Below are positions 48,320 through 58,545 of a stretch of 64,000 nt of DNA, piece by piece. The position numbers and the translations under genes are program-made. Under the pieces are notes generated by a model. The model worked only from the letters and a program-made list of their open reading frames with translations. It searched no databases and was not told where the DNA came from. Source of the DNA: a bacterium (GTDB taxonomy: Bacteria > Electryoneota > Electryoneia > Electryoneales > Electryoneaceae); the NCBI GenBank assembly GCA_043801585.1, contig JAZDLX010000007.1, forward strand, positions 32,001 to 96,000, given 5' to 3'. Every line of letters begins with the position of its first letter. The stretch's first letter is position 1.

Positions 48320-50403
48320 GCCGTCTTGCCGATTTCATCTCCCGGCTTGGCTACCTGATCCTCGGTCTGGTCGCACTCGGCGTCGTGGGATTCATCCTGC
48401 TGGTGGCGATCAATGTGAACGGCATCCCGCGAGTGCCCGATGAACTGAACCGGCTGATTGCGGTCTCCCCGACGGAGGTGTATGCCGCGGATGGATCGCT
48501 GCTGACGCGGGTTGGAGGCAGGCGTGCGGTTCCCATCGACCGCATTGCGAACAGCTACCGCCTTTCGGTGCTCGCAGCGGAGGATGATGATTTTTATCAC
48601 CATCACGGCATCGACAAACCCGCTCTGGTCAAGGCGACCTGGAACGCCCTGCACGGAAGCAAAAGCCGCGGCGGGAGCACAATCACCCAACAACTGGCGC
48701 GTAATCTCTTCTTCAGCTTCGAAAAGACATACGCACGAAAATTCCGTGAGATCCTGGCGACGCTTGAGATCGAACGGCGATTCAGCAAAGGCGAAATCCT
48801 CGCCGCGTACTGCAACGGAATCTATTTCGGCAATTATGCCTACGGCATCGAAGAGGCGGCGACCTCGTATTTTGGCATCCACGCCGCCAACCTCGACCTC
48901 GCGCAAGCATCGCTACTCGCCGGACTTCCCCAGTCTCCGAGCCGCTTCAACCCCTATCGGTACCCGGAGAGAGCTGCGGTTCGCCAGAAATGGATTCTGA
49001 ATCGTCTCAAGAATCTTGACTGGGTGAACCTCGAAGAATTCCGGACCGCCGCTGCAGAGCCGCTGGACTTTCGCCCGCTTTACGAAGCCGCCGACGAGGG
49101 GAGTTATTTCCTCGATGCCGTGTTCGATCAGTTGGAGGAAAAATACGGCCGCACGGTACTCTATCACGGCGGTTTGAAGATCTACACGACGCTTGACCCG
49201 ACTCTCCAGACCTGGGCGGTGGAGGGGGTGCAAGAGGGACTCGCCGATCTCGACACTCACCTTGGATTGCCGAGATTCGATCCCTCTCGCGAGGAGGAGC
49301 GGCAGAATTACCCGCAGGCCGCACTGGTCGCCGTGGAGGCTGCAACGGGCGCCGTACAGGCGCTGGTCGGCGGGCGCGACTGGCAGGCGAGCCAGTTCAA
49401 CCGTGCGATTCAGGCGCAACGTAATATGGGGTCGGTGTTGAAACCTGTCCTCTACCTGGCGGCGATGGAAACGCTCGGTGTCCAACCGGCATCGCTGATC
49501 AATGACGACAGCATCACTGTCGTGATCCCGGGGACCAATCCCTGGTCACCAACGAATTTCGAACCCGGCTTCCGCGGCACGACGATCCTGAAAATCGCGC
49601 TCGAAAAATCGTTGAACACTCCAGCGGTCCGGCTGATCCTCTCTGTGGGACCCGAAAGCGTCGTGAAGACTCTGCAAAAGATGCAGGTACAATCTCCTCT
49701 GGTTCCACATTACAGCATCGCTCTCGGCGGAACGTCCGTCTCCGCCGTCGAACTGGCGGCGATCGGCGGATCCATCGCCAACCTCGGCGAGGTCGTTCAA
49801 CCCTTTTTCGTGCGGCGGATCGAGGACGATCGCGGCCAGATTCTGGAAGAGCACATCGCATCACGGCAAGCTGAGTTCGACCCCGAAGTCAGCTATATGC
49901 TTGTGGACATGATGAAGGGTGTGATCAGCGAGGGCACCGCCGCGGGTGTCAAGGATTACGGATTCACCCTTCCGGCGATTGGAAAAACCGGGACGACGGA
50001 TGACCATCGCGACTCCTGGTTCCTCGGAGCGACAACACAACTGTCGGTATCCACGTGGGTCGGCTTTGATGATTACCGGGCGATGATCGACGTCAAGGAA
50101 GAGGGAATTACCGGAGCAACCGGTGCGATGCCCATCTGGGTCCATTTCATGCAGAAAGCGACCGAGGGCGAACCTCCCCGTGATTTTCCCATGCCCGCTG
50201 GAATCGAACTCGTGCCTGTCAACCCGAAAACGGGAAAGAGGGTGTCCGAACGAACGCGCGGTGCGATTTTCGCCGCGCTCCCCACGGGAGTGGAACTTCC
50301 CGATTCCACTCTCCTGCGCATCGAGGCAAGCTGGGGCGACACCGTCCGAGTGGATTCCCTCGGACAGGTGACCATGAACTTCAGCGATGAGGTGTTGCCA
50401 TGA
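48316..50403 (+). CDS. Class A penicillin-binding protein (PBP1A family)
   Basis: GT51 motifs EDDDFYHHHG, GGSTITQQL, RKFRE; transpeptidase motifs SVLK, SLN, KTGT. Confidence 0.95.
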   Translation: MSRLADFISRLGYLILGLVALGVVGFILLVAINVNGIPRVPDELNRLIAVSPTEVYAADGSLLTRVGGRRAVPIDRIANSYRLSVLAAEDDDFYHHHGIDKPALVKATWNALHGSKSRGGSTITQQLARNLFFSFEKTYARKFREILATLEIERRFSKGEILAAYCNGIYFGNYAYGIEEAATSYFGIHAANLDLAQASLLAGLPQSPSRFNPYRYPERAAVRQKWILNRLKNLDWVNLEEFRTAAAEPLDFRPLYEAADEGSYFLDAVFDQLEEKYGRTVLYHGGLKIYTTLDPTLQTWAVEGVQEGLADLDTHLGLPRFDPSREEERQNYPQAALVAVEAATGAVQALVGGRDWQASQFNRAIQAQRNMGSVLKPVLYLAAMETLGVQPASLINDDSITVVIPGTNPWSPTNFEPGFRGTTILKIALEKSLNTPAVRLILSVGPESVVKTLQKMQVQSPLVPHYSIALGGTSVSAVELAAIGGSIANLGEVVQPFFVRRIEDDRGQILEEHIASRQAEFDPEVSYMLVDMMKGVISEGTAAGVKDYGFTLPAIGKTGTTDDHRDSWFLGATTQLSVSTWVGFDDYRAMIDVKEEGITGATGAMPIWVHFMQKATEGEPPRDFPMPAGIELVPVNPKTGKRVSERTRGAIFAALPTGVELPDSTLLRIEASWGDTVRVDSLGQVTMNFSDEVLP

Positions 50404-51977
50404 GCTGGTTCACCTCATTGTCCCTGCGGCTGTTCCTCGGTGCGGCCGGTGGGCTCGGATTCAGCCTGTTCCTCAGCCGCTATCTCCTCTCGAAGGTAAG
50501 CGGAGCGGGGTATCCGGTTCTTCCGATTCTTGTGATGATCCTGCCGCTGCTTCTGGCGCTGACGATCTTCATCATCATCCCTGAGTGGATCATCCGCCAT
50601 CGCTGGGAGAGGAAATGGCTTCCGGGCGCCAACGGAGTGCGAGAGATCCTCCCGGAAAAGAGACTGGCGTTCATTCAGGCGGGACTTCGCGAACTGACCG
50701 GACCCTGGACATTTCCCCAGATGGCGCGAAACCACACACGCCTGTTCACGACTGGATGGGCAAAAACACTCCTGCGCCTTCGTGCCCGAGACGTATGGAC
50801 GTGGGAACTTTACGCGCTCTCCTGGTATGCGCTGAAAGATGACGAAGACGCTGTCGATGAATTGCGCGGGCTGCTGATGGAGAGCCGGACGCTGGAAGAT
50901 GCAGCGTTTGACGTCGGTCTCTCCGTGCTCGACGTTCGCCAGGCGGATGTCGATCTGGCCATTCTGCTCTCGCATGAAGGTCTCGTGCGCGAATTCTCAC
51001 GTCTTAATCCAGAACGGCGTGTGCTTCTTGAAAATGTCTGGCTCGCGGCCTATGCGCGTGACGAAGCCTCACGCGGGGAACTGTTGCCTCATCTGACAAA
51101 ACTCTTTCTCCAGCAGCAGCGGCGCGATGAAGTATCGGGGCGAATTTACCTCGATGCTTTCATCGCGGGAATCCGCTCGCCTGATCTGAGGATGGAGATG
51201 CGGAGGGTGGCGGCGGTGCTTGCCCGAACCGGCCGGAGCCCTGAGATGACCGCAAATCTGCGAGCGCTGGCGGGCAGCGGAAATGGCCATGAACCGCCTC
51301 AGGAGGCGGGTGTCGAGGTCGACACTGGCACGATCCTCCGGGCGCCTACCGCGTGGAGCGAGTTCAAATCCGCCTTTCCAAAGGATGCGGATCTGACGCA
51401 GGAGGTTCCAGATTCCAAAACCGCAGGTAAAGGACGCATACGGATTTCGAAAAGTGTAGCGAAAGAGACAGAAGCGGTGGTTGGTCTCAGGGAACAGGCA
51501 GGCAAACGGAAATCCTGGAAACGTGAAAGGACGAAGGCTCTCGGCGTTGGTTCTTCCATAAGGGTCTGGGTTGCGATCGTTCTGGTGGTGGTTCTGACTG
51601 CGACAGGAGCCGCTGTTGCGTGGTATTTTGCGACGACCCGTGAAAAGCCGCCCCAGTTGGAACCCGCAACGGTCTCGAAACCCGTTTCGACCAGGGGCGT
51701 GGAGTCCGAGCTGCCTTTCACGATTCAGGTTGCGGCGCTTCCCCAGCGTGGAGCGGCGTTCGACCGTGTGCGCACGCTCCGTTTGCAGGGATTGGATGCC
51801 TATTACGTGATCACCCAGCGAGGTGATGCCAGTTGGTACAGGGTTCGATTCGGCCATTTTGAGACCACACGGGCCGCACAAGCTGTGGCGGACTCCCTGA
51901 GGGAACTCGGTATCATCAATGAATATTTTGTAGCAACCTTCGAGCAGGGTGTTGTCCCGCCGGATCGATCTCGCTAA
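50400..51977 (+). CDS. Membrane protein with C-terminal SPOR domain
   Basis: Two N-terminal TMs, helical domain, third TM, then FTIQVAA...WYRVRFGHF SPOR motif. Confidence 0.82.
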   Translation: MSWFTSLSLRLFLGAAGGLGFSLFLSRYLLSKVSGAGYPVLPILVMILPLLLALTIFIIIPEWIIRHRWERKWLPGANGVREILPEKRLAFIQAGLRELTGPWTFPQMARNHTRLFTTGWAKTLLRLRARDVWTWELYALSWYALKDDEDAVDELRGLLMESRTLEDAAFDVGLSVLDVRQADVDLAILLSHEGLVREFSRLNPERRVLLENVWLAAYARDEASRGELLPHLTKLFLQQQRRDEVSGRIYLDAFIAGIRSPDLRMEMRRVAAVLARTGRSPEMTANLRALAGSGNGHEPPQEAGVEVDTGTILRAPTAWSEFKSAFPKDADLTQEVPDSKTAGKGRIRISKSVAKETEAVVGLREQAGKRKSWKRERTKALGVGSSIRVWVAIVLVVVLTATGAAVAWYFATTREKPPQLEPATVSKPVSTRGVESELPFTIQVAALPQRGAAFDRVRTLRLQGLDAYYVITQRGDASWYRVRFGHFETTRAAQAVADSLRELGIINEYFVATFEQGVVPPDRSR

Positions 51978-52016
51978 CCTTCCCTCATCACCTATCGGAA
52001 ACGTACGGAACCGCTG

Positions 52017-52955
52017 ATGAACTCTCTTGATGTCATGGGTGTCGGCCGCGCCGTGATCGATTACGCCGTGCTCGTACCAAAGTACCCTGTGGCTGACCAG
52101 AAGACGGAGGCGTTGGACCGTTATTACGGCAGTGGCAGTCCGGTGCCGAACGCGCTCTGCCAATTGTCACGTTGGGGGTGGAAAACGGCACTCACAGCGG
52201 TGATTGGGGATGATCGAGAGGGGGATGATTTCATCCGGGATCTGACTTCTTGTTCGGTTGATACGGCTTTCGTAACAAGAAGAACCGGGCAATCGACACC
52301 GCGCGCTTTTATCTGGGTGGAAGCCGGCAGTGGAAAGCGTACAATCGTTTTGGACAGGGCACTTGCGCCACTCTCAGTGGGAGACCTACCTTTCGGCAGT
52401 CTACATCCATCGCGTTTCTTGTTGGTCGATGGTTACGAAGCCAGTGCGAACCTCGCCGCGATGAAAGCAGTGCGCGAGGGGGGCGGAGAGGTGATGCTCG
52501 ACGTGGGCGCTGTTCGGGAGCAGATGGACGAACAGCTCGCGCTCTGTGACTGGATCATTACATCTCTTGCCTTCGCCAAAGAGCGGTATGGCAACCTCGA
52601 TCTGTTCCAGGTTGTTCGTGAGTTGCTCGGTTTCGGCGCCAAAGGCGCGGTGGTGACCAACGGCGCGGGTGGATGTGTTGTCGCCTGGGAACAGCAGGTG
52701 GAATGGTTTCGCAGCTATCGCGTCGAGACGGTGGACACGACTGGTGCGGGCGATGTTTTTCATGCGGGGTTTCTGCACGGACTGTTGAAAGGGTGGTCGG
52801 TGCCGTCATCGGTTCGTTGGTCGTCGGCAGCGGCGGCTCTCTCGGTTACAGCTCTCGGAGGACGTGGAAAACTGCCGGATGAAGTGGAAGTGCGGGATTT
52901 ACTGGTGAGGGAAGGGGAACCGTGGGACGGAAAGCCGGAAAACGAGTGGAGGTGA
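52017..52955 (+). CDS. PfkB-family carbohydrate kinase (YihV/ketohexokinase-like)
   Basis: IGDDREG, GKRTI, VTNGAGG, VDTTGAGDVFHAGF. Confidence 0.9.
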   Translation: MNSLDVMGVGRAVIDYAVLVPKYPVADQKTEALDRYYGSGSPVPNALCQLSRWGWKTALTAVIGDDREGDDFIRDLTSCSVDTAFVTRRTGQSTPRAFIWVEAGSGKRTIVLDRALAPLSVGDLPFGSLHPSRFLLVDGYEASANLAAMKAVREGGGEVMLDVGAVREQMDEQLALCDWIITSLAFAKERYGNLDLFQVVRELLGFGAKGAVVTNGAGGCVVAWEQQVEWFRSYRVETVDTTGAGDVFHAGFLHGLLKGWSVPSSVRWSSAAAALSVTALGGRGKLPDEVEVRDLLVREGEPWDGKPENEWR

Positions 52956-53842
52956 ACCCGGATCAAGAGGATCAGCTTGCTCTGCCGGGTTTTGAATCCA
53001 CTGCCGGAATCGAAGGCAACGGGAACGGATCGAAGAACGGGAAGTCCGAGGATGTCTCCGCCGAAATGGAGGTCCCGGAGGAACTGGCGATCGAGCTCCA
53101 CACCCGCACCTTTTACAAAGGCAAGCAGCACAAAGGCCGCTGGCACGATACAGTGTTCGCCGGTGACAACATGCACGTGTTGGAGAGCATGCCCGACGAG
53201 ACTGTGGATCTGATCCTGACCGATCCACCCTACAATATCAATTACCGTTCCAACCGGCGTGTTAAAAAGGCGAAGTTCAAACATATCGAAAACGACAATC
53301 ACGGCGATTGGATCCCCGAATTCGCCCGTGAGGCCTATCGGGTACTCAAGGACAACCGGCACCTCTATTGTTTCTGCCGTCACGACACCTACCCGGAGTT
53401 CATCAAGGCGCTGCAGGATACCGGTTTCAAGATCAAGCGAACCCTGATCTGGGTCAAGAACAACCACGGAAGTGGCGATCTGAAAGGAGATTACGCCCCC
53501 CAGGACGAGTGGATCATCTATTGCCACAAGGGACGACGTGAACTTTTCGGGAAACGCCATTCGAACGTTCTCGTCTTTTCCCGTCTGAACAGCGACAAGC
53601 TGTTGCATTCAACGGAGAAACCGGTTGAGTTGCTGAAATTCCTCATCGAAAAATCGACGAAGAAGGGTGAACTTGTCCTCGATCCATTTGCGGGCTCGGG
53701 ATCGACAATGCACGCCGCGAAGGAGTTGGAACGGTTCTACTGCATCGTGGAGCTTTCGGACGCCTATTACCTGACGAGTGAGATGCGACGAGGGGAACTT
53801 GATCAGATAACGCTTGAGGATCAACTGTACAAGGATCTCTGA
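52952..53842 (+). CDS. Site-specific DNA methyltransferase (m6A/m4C, beta class), orphan
   Basis: Motif IV TDPPY precedes HSTEKP and motif I LDPFAGSGST; GTG start overlaps the upstream TGA. Confidence 0.92.
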   Translation: MNPDQEDQLALPGFESTAGIEGNGNGSKNGKSEDVSAEMEVPEELAIELHTRTFYKGKQHKGRWHDTVFAGDNMHVLESMPDETVDLILTDPPYNINYRSNRRVKKAKFKHIENDNHGDWIPEFAREAYRVLKDNRHLYCFCRHDTYPEFIKALQDTGFKIKRTLIWVKNNHGSGDLKGDYAPQDEWIIYCHKGRRELFGKRHSNVLVFSRLNSDKLLHSTEKPVELLKFLIEKSTKKGELVLDPFAGSGSTMHAAKELERFYCIVELSDAYYLTSEMRRGELDQITLEDQLYKDL

Positions 53843-56800
53843 TGAACAGTGAAGGTGAACTGGTCGTAACAGGAAGCTGGGTAAAATCCCAGCCTTTCTC
53901 GTTATGGCTGTTATGGATTGCACTGTTCCTCCCCGGTGTTGTCCGCGCGGCGTCCCTCTGGGAGCAACGGGTTGATTATCGGATGGATGTTTATCTGAAC
54001 GACGAATCACGATCGCTCGACGCAACGGTCACAATTACCTACATGAACAATTCTCCTGATACTCTGGATGCGATCTGGTTCCGTCTTCCTCCCGCGGCGC
54101 TTCGCGATGACTCTCCTGAGGAGAATACCCTTTATCGTGGAGCTGCACATCGGTTAAGGATCGTACCGAAGGAAGAGTGGGGGAACCTGGTCGTTCATGG
54201 TGCAACCTGTCAGACACGCCAGGTGCGGTTCGAACAGGACGGAAGCATCGGCAGGTTGATTGTATCGCCGGCCATCCAACCGGGCGATTCCCTCGAATTT
54301 CAGCTCGACTTCACGACTCTGTTTCCCACCGGAGAAGCTCAATCCAGGATCGGGTACAGCCGTGGACAGTACAAGGGCGCCTACTGGTATCCGATGATCT
54401 GTCCCTACACCTCGCTGTATGGCTGGACGGTGAACCGATACTTCGGGACAGCGGAGGCCTACGGAGAATTCGGCGATTACACCATCCGTTATCATGTCCC
54501 CAACCGCTTTATCGTTGCCTCTACCGGTGAGCTGGTCAACGAGTCGGATGTCCTGCCTCCAGAGCGATTGGCGGGACTGGCATTCGACAATCCCACTCCG
54601 ATCCCGATTCCCGGAGGCGAGGAAGGCGAAAAAGAGGCCGTCTGGGAGTACCATGCGCACCTGGTGACCGAGGTCGCCTTCGCGATGACCCCGGATTTTC
54701 TCATTGATCGCAAGGATTTTGGCCATTTCGAGGCGTGGGCCTTCGTGCGCCGAGGGCGTCAACAAAAATGGCCAGATGCCACCAGCATCCTGGGGTGGAC
54801 GATCCTCCAGTTGGAACAGATCTATGGACCTTACCCGTGGCCGAGGGTGATGATGACCGACTCCTGGTCCGGCATGGAATACCCCATGCTGACCATGATG
54901 AGCAGTGAATCACCCCGTTACCATTATTTCCTGATGCATGAGGTCATCCACAATTATACCCCGATGATCATCCACTCCAACCCCGTCGACGCGCAGGTGC
55001 TGGATGAGGGATTCACGACTTTCGTTGAGCACAGTCTCGCGGTTCGCTACTCCGGGACTGCATGGAACAAGCTGACCGATGTGAGACGGGGACCGTTTCA
55101 ACAGGAAATCACCCTGCGTGATGATTGGGAGCGAGGGTTAAGACCTTATTTCGAAGCAGTCCTCGCCGGAGAGGACCTGCCGATGGTACGCGGGGCGGAT
55201 GTGGCGGAGGATTACCCTCTGTTGCGTGCCTCGACGTATTACAAGACTCCCGTGATGCTGAACGCGCTCCGGTATGTCATCGGTGAGCAGGATTTCTGGG
55301 CGGGGATGAAGGAATATTACCGCAGGGGAGCCTTTCATCATATAGACGAAACGGATGTCGTCGAAGCGTTCAGCACCGCCGCGGGCCGGCCGCTCGGGTG
55401 GTTTTTCAAACCGTTCCTGTATGGAACGGGTGATATCGATTATCGAGTCGGGGGATTCTACAAGCATCGCAGTGGTTCCGAGTGGCAGATAGAGTTCAGC
55501 GTGAAGCGTCCGGGTGACATTCGGCTTCCCGTAAGGTTGGGTGTGGTGACCTCCCTGGGGGACACCCTGCGCGGCGAAATCGCGTTTCTCGATACGGATC
55601 CTGAGTTGCCGGGGTACGAGCGGTGGGGTACTTGGGATCAGCTTCACGAACCGGATGATTCCAGGATATTCCACATTACGCTGTCCACGGAGGCCACGCC
55701 AGTTGAACTGATGCTCGATCCTGATCACCTTCTGGCGGACCGCAACCCTCTGAACAATTCCACCCGTTCTCACTTCTCCGACCGATTTGACGTCGGGATT
55801 CTCCCTGTCGCCCCGGACGTGCTCGATCGATCCACCATTCGGTTTCGACCGGCCATCGGTTATGCGGAAGAGACGGGAGCTCTGGTAGGTGTCAACGCCA
55901 GTCATGGTTGGATGAACACGGTCTCACGGTTTCAGATGCAGGCGTTCTGGAGAACATATCCGCCGGGAGACGGTAATCAGGTGCGACTCGGTTTTTCCAA
56001 CCCGATTCCACCGGGAAATGGTCCCATCCGGGGATCGGTCTATGCGGGCAACGTATTCGACGAAACCTGGTACGAAGGCGGTGTCGAGGCAAAATGGCGG
56101 TTGTGGCGGCCGGAACGGACCAGTTTCCGTGCCCAGCTTCGGATGGGGTATTGGGAAGGTGATGTCTGGATGAGATCCCGTCCCAGTGCATCCTACCTGA
56201 CGATGATGCTGGAGAAGAAGTGGGAGGAGATACAGGGTCACAGCGGCTCCACCAACGTCTGGATGGCCACAGGACTGCAAACGGAGGGATGGTTCTCCCT
56301 CGATGCATCGCACCAGACGAACTACGATCTCTCCGCCTGCGCCTATCTGCCCGTTCTCCGCTGGTTCAGGCATTTTCACCTTGAGGTGTCGGAGAGGTAT
56401 GTAGGGCAAACAGGGGGAGTCCCCTCGCTGTTTCTTGCGACACCAACGTTTGGAATGCGCTACCAGGTGCTCGGTTCGCCGATCGCAGGCGCTCCCTGGT
56501 CGGCGCTTGCAGGTCCTTACGTGGATCGCCCTGCACTCATCCCAGGCATGGACTTTGTCCCGTTGCGGGATTTCGTTTCGCTGGGTACGCGGTTGGATTG
56601 GACACCTTATTCCCTTTTTGGTCCCCAAACGGACACGTTTATCAGCCGTTTTTGCGAGCATCTCCATTTCGGGGCGAGGGGCAGCGGGTTGACCCGCAGT
56701 CTTAAATTCACCTCGCAGGAGATCGCGTATAGCGCGGGGATCGATGCACAGCTTGTTGACCTGTATGGTGTTACGTTAACAGCGGCGTTGCCATTTGTCG

Positions 56801-56910
56801 TAAAGAATCCAGGCGAAGTTCATGCAGACTATGATGGGTTGCGGTCCTTGACCTGGAGACGTGATGTCAAATTCATGATTTCCCTGGATCCTGATCTTTT
56901 CGTTCGTTGA
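53842..56910 (+). CDS. Secreted M1-family zinc aminopeptidase with long C-terminal beta-rich extension
   Basis: Signal peptide, Y.NNSPDTL, SGMEYP, HEVIH-x18-E (LDEGF), YYK; C-terminal ~370 aa of amphipathic strands. Confidence 0.85.
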   Translation: MNSEGELVVTGSWVKSQPFSLWLLWIALFLPGVVRAASLWEQRVDYRMDVYLNDESRSLDATVTITYMNNSPDTLDAIWFRLPPAALRDDSPEENTLYRGAAHRLRIVPKEEWGNLVVHGATCQTRQVRFEQDGSIGRLIVSPAIQPGDSLEFQLDFTTLFPTGEAQSRIGYSRGQYKGAYWYPMICPYTSLYGWTVNRYFGTAEAYGEFGDYTIRYHVPNRFIVASTGELVNESDVLPPERLAGLAFDNPTPIPIPGGEEGEKEAVWEYHAHLVTEVAFAMTPDFLIDRKDFGHFEAWAFVRRGRQQKWPDATSILGWTILQLEQIYGPYPWPRVMMTDSWSGMEYPMLTMMSSESPRYHYFLMHEVIHNYTPMIIHSNPVDAQVLDEGFTTFVEHSLAVRYSGTAWNKLTDVRRGPFQQEITLRDDWERGLRPYFEAVLAGEDLPMVRGADVAEDYPLLRASTYYKTPVMLNALRYVIGEQDFWAGMKEYYRRGAFHHIDETDVVEAFSTAAGRPLGWFFKPFLYGTGDIDYRVGGFYKHRSGSEWQIEFSVKRPGDIRLPVRLGVVTSLGDTLRGEIAFLDTDPELPGYERWGTWDQLHEPDDSRIFHITLSTEATPVELMLDPDHLLADRNPLNNSTRSHFSDRFDVGILPVAPDVLDRSTIRFRPAIGYAEETGALVGVNASHGWMNTVSRFQMQAFWRTYPPGDGNQVRLGFSNPIPPGNGPIRGSVYAGNVFDETWYEGGVEAKWRLWRPERTSFRAQLRMGYWEGDVWMRSRPSASYLTMMLEKKWEEIQGHSGSTNVWMATGLQTEGWFSLDASHQTNYDLSACAYLPVLRWFRHFHLEVSERYVGQTGGVPSLFLATPTFGMRYQVLGSPIAGAPWSALAGPYVDRPALIPGMDFVPLRDFVSLGTRLDWTPYSLFGPQTDTFISRFCEHLHFGARGSGLTRSLKFTSQEIAYSAGIDAQLVDLYGVTLTAALPFVVKNPGEVHADYDGLRSLTWRRDVKFMISLDPDLFVR

Positions 56911-58346
56911 AGGAAATGATGCTTTCAGCAAAAACATTGCACAATCCACCTCGTCTCCATTTCAGCGGCATCGGGGGCACCGCGATGGTCGCCGGTGCGC
57001 GCCTTGCACTCGAAGTGGGATGGGAGGTTCGCGGCAGCGACAATCCACTCTATCCACCGACTTCGGAGATGGTGCGGGAACTGGGTGTCCAGGTTTATGA
57101 AGGCTACGCGGCTGAAAATCTTGCCTGGCAACCCGATCTTGTCCTCGTCGGAAACGCCCTGAGCAGAGGGAATCCGGAAGTTGAGGAGATGCTGCGTCAA
57201 CGGATTCCCTACGCCAGCCTTCCGGAATGGTTGAAGAGCGAAGTGCTGCAAACGAGACGGCCGGTGGTAATCGCCGGGACGCACGGGAAGACCACGACCA
57301 CCGCTCTGACAGCTTTCCTGCTCGATCGTTGCGGATTGAACCCCGGATTTCTCATCGGTGGCCAACCTCTTGACTTTCCGTATTCGAGCAGATTGGGGCA
57401 GGAAGGAGGACCGTTTGTCATTGAGGGAGACGAATACGATACCGCCTTTTTTGACAAGCGAGCGAAATTCTTTCATTACATCCCCGAAATCGCGGTTGTC
57501 ACCTCCATCGAGTACGACCATGGCGACATCTACCGGGACGTCGAGGAGATCGAGCGTGCCTTTTGCCTGATGCTCCGTCAGGTTCCACCGGGAGGTTGGT
57601 TGATCGCCTGTGCGGACGATCTCCGCTCCCTATCGCTGACCAAGGACGCCCCGTGCAGGGTGGTGACCTATGGTTTTTCCGAGAATGCCCATTGGCGCGG
57701 TGAAGAGATGGGGATCTCGTCGGGATTCAGCGGGCTCGCCGTATATCGTGGGGAGAAACGATTCGCGGAACTCGCCGTTCCGCTCTTTGGCCACCATAAC
57801 CTTCGAAACACTCTTGCGGCGGTGGCCGTCGCCGCGACTCTTGGGGCGACGAGCAGTGAAATCCAGACAGCGTTAATGGAATTTCGGGGGGTGCGAAGGA
57901 GGATGGAAGTCTTCCTGAATGCGGGGCAGAGGGTGTTTGTGGACGATTTTGCCCATCATCCGACCGCAATCCGTGAAACGATCGCAGCGGCACGGTTGCG
58001 CTGGCCTGATCACAAACTTCGAGTTCTGGTTGAACCTCGATCCAACACGATGGTCCGGAAGATCCATGAGAAGGACCTGGCTGAGGCGCTCGGGGGTGCG
58101 GATGAGGTTGTTTTCGGGCCGATTTATCGTGCTGAACGGATTCCCGGACCGGAACGGCTGGACCGCGAAAAAATACTGTCAGAATTGAAGAAACATGGCA
58201 TTTCAGGTTTTTTCACGGATTCCGTGCCTCAGATCACGAAATACCTTATCGATGTTGATGAAACGCGGACAATTGATCTGATACTGTCGAACGGATCGTT
58301 CGGCGGGTTGTACGAAGCCCTTCGAGACGCGTTTGGATCGGGGTAA
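56907..58346 (+). CDS. mpl: UDP-MurNAc:tripeptide ligase Mpl
   Basis: HFSGIGGTAM, GSD..YPP.S, GNALSRGNPE, AGTHGKTTT, EGDEYDTAFFDKRAKF, DDFAHHPTAI, EPRSNT, SNGSFGG. Confidence 0.93.
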   Translation: MKEMMLSAKTLHNPPRLHFSGIGGTAMVAGARLALEVGWEVRGSDNPLYPPTSEMVRELGVQVYEGYAAENLAWQPDLVLVGNALSRGNPEVEEMLRQRIPYASLPEWLKSEVLQTRRPVVIAGTHGKTTTTALTAFLLDRCGLNPGFLIGGQPLDFPYSSRLGQEGGPFVIEGDEYDTAFFDKRAKFFHYIPEIAVVTSIEYDHGDIYRDVEEIERAFCLMLRQVPPGGWLIACADDLRSLSLTKDAPCRVVTYGFSENAHWRGEEMGISSGFSGLAVYRGEKRFAELAVPLFGHHNLRNTLAAVAVAATLGATSSEIQTALMEFRGVRRRMEVFLNAGQRVFVDDFAHHPTAIRETIAAARLRWPDHKLRVLVEPRSNTMVRKIHEKDLAEALGGADEVVFGPIYRAERIPGPERLDREKILSELKKHGISGFFTDSVPQITKYLIDVDETRTIDLILSNGSFGGLYEALRDAFGSG

Positions 58347-58545
58347 CAGGGAGAATCGATCTGGACTATATTGACTTTCAGTTGAAGGTTTTTAAGAGTC
58401 AGACTTGAAATTCCGGGAGCGGATGTGATCCTGGTGGACGCCGCGGCCTTCAAAGCCGTTGTGGGACCTGACCGTCCCGGCTCGGTTCGATTCCGAGACG
58501 TTCCCGCTACCCGAGCAGCGCTGAACGGGATGGGCTGCGACAGGG

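Noticed and set aside
52017..56910. Methyltransferase region as a restriction-modification system, defence island or prophage
   Set aside because: No nuclease, helicase, integrase, att-like repeats or phage genes; neighbours are metabolic and envelope genes.
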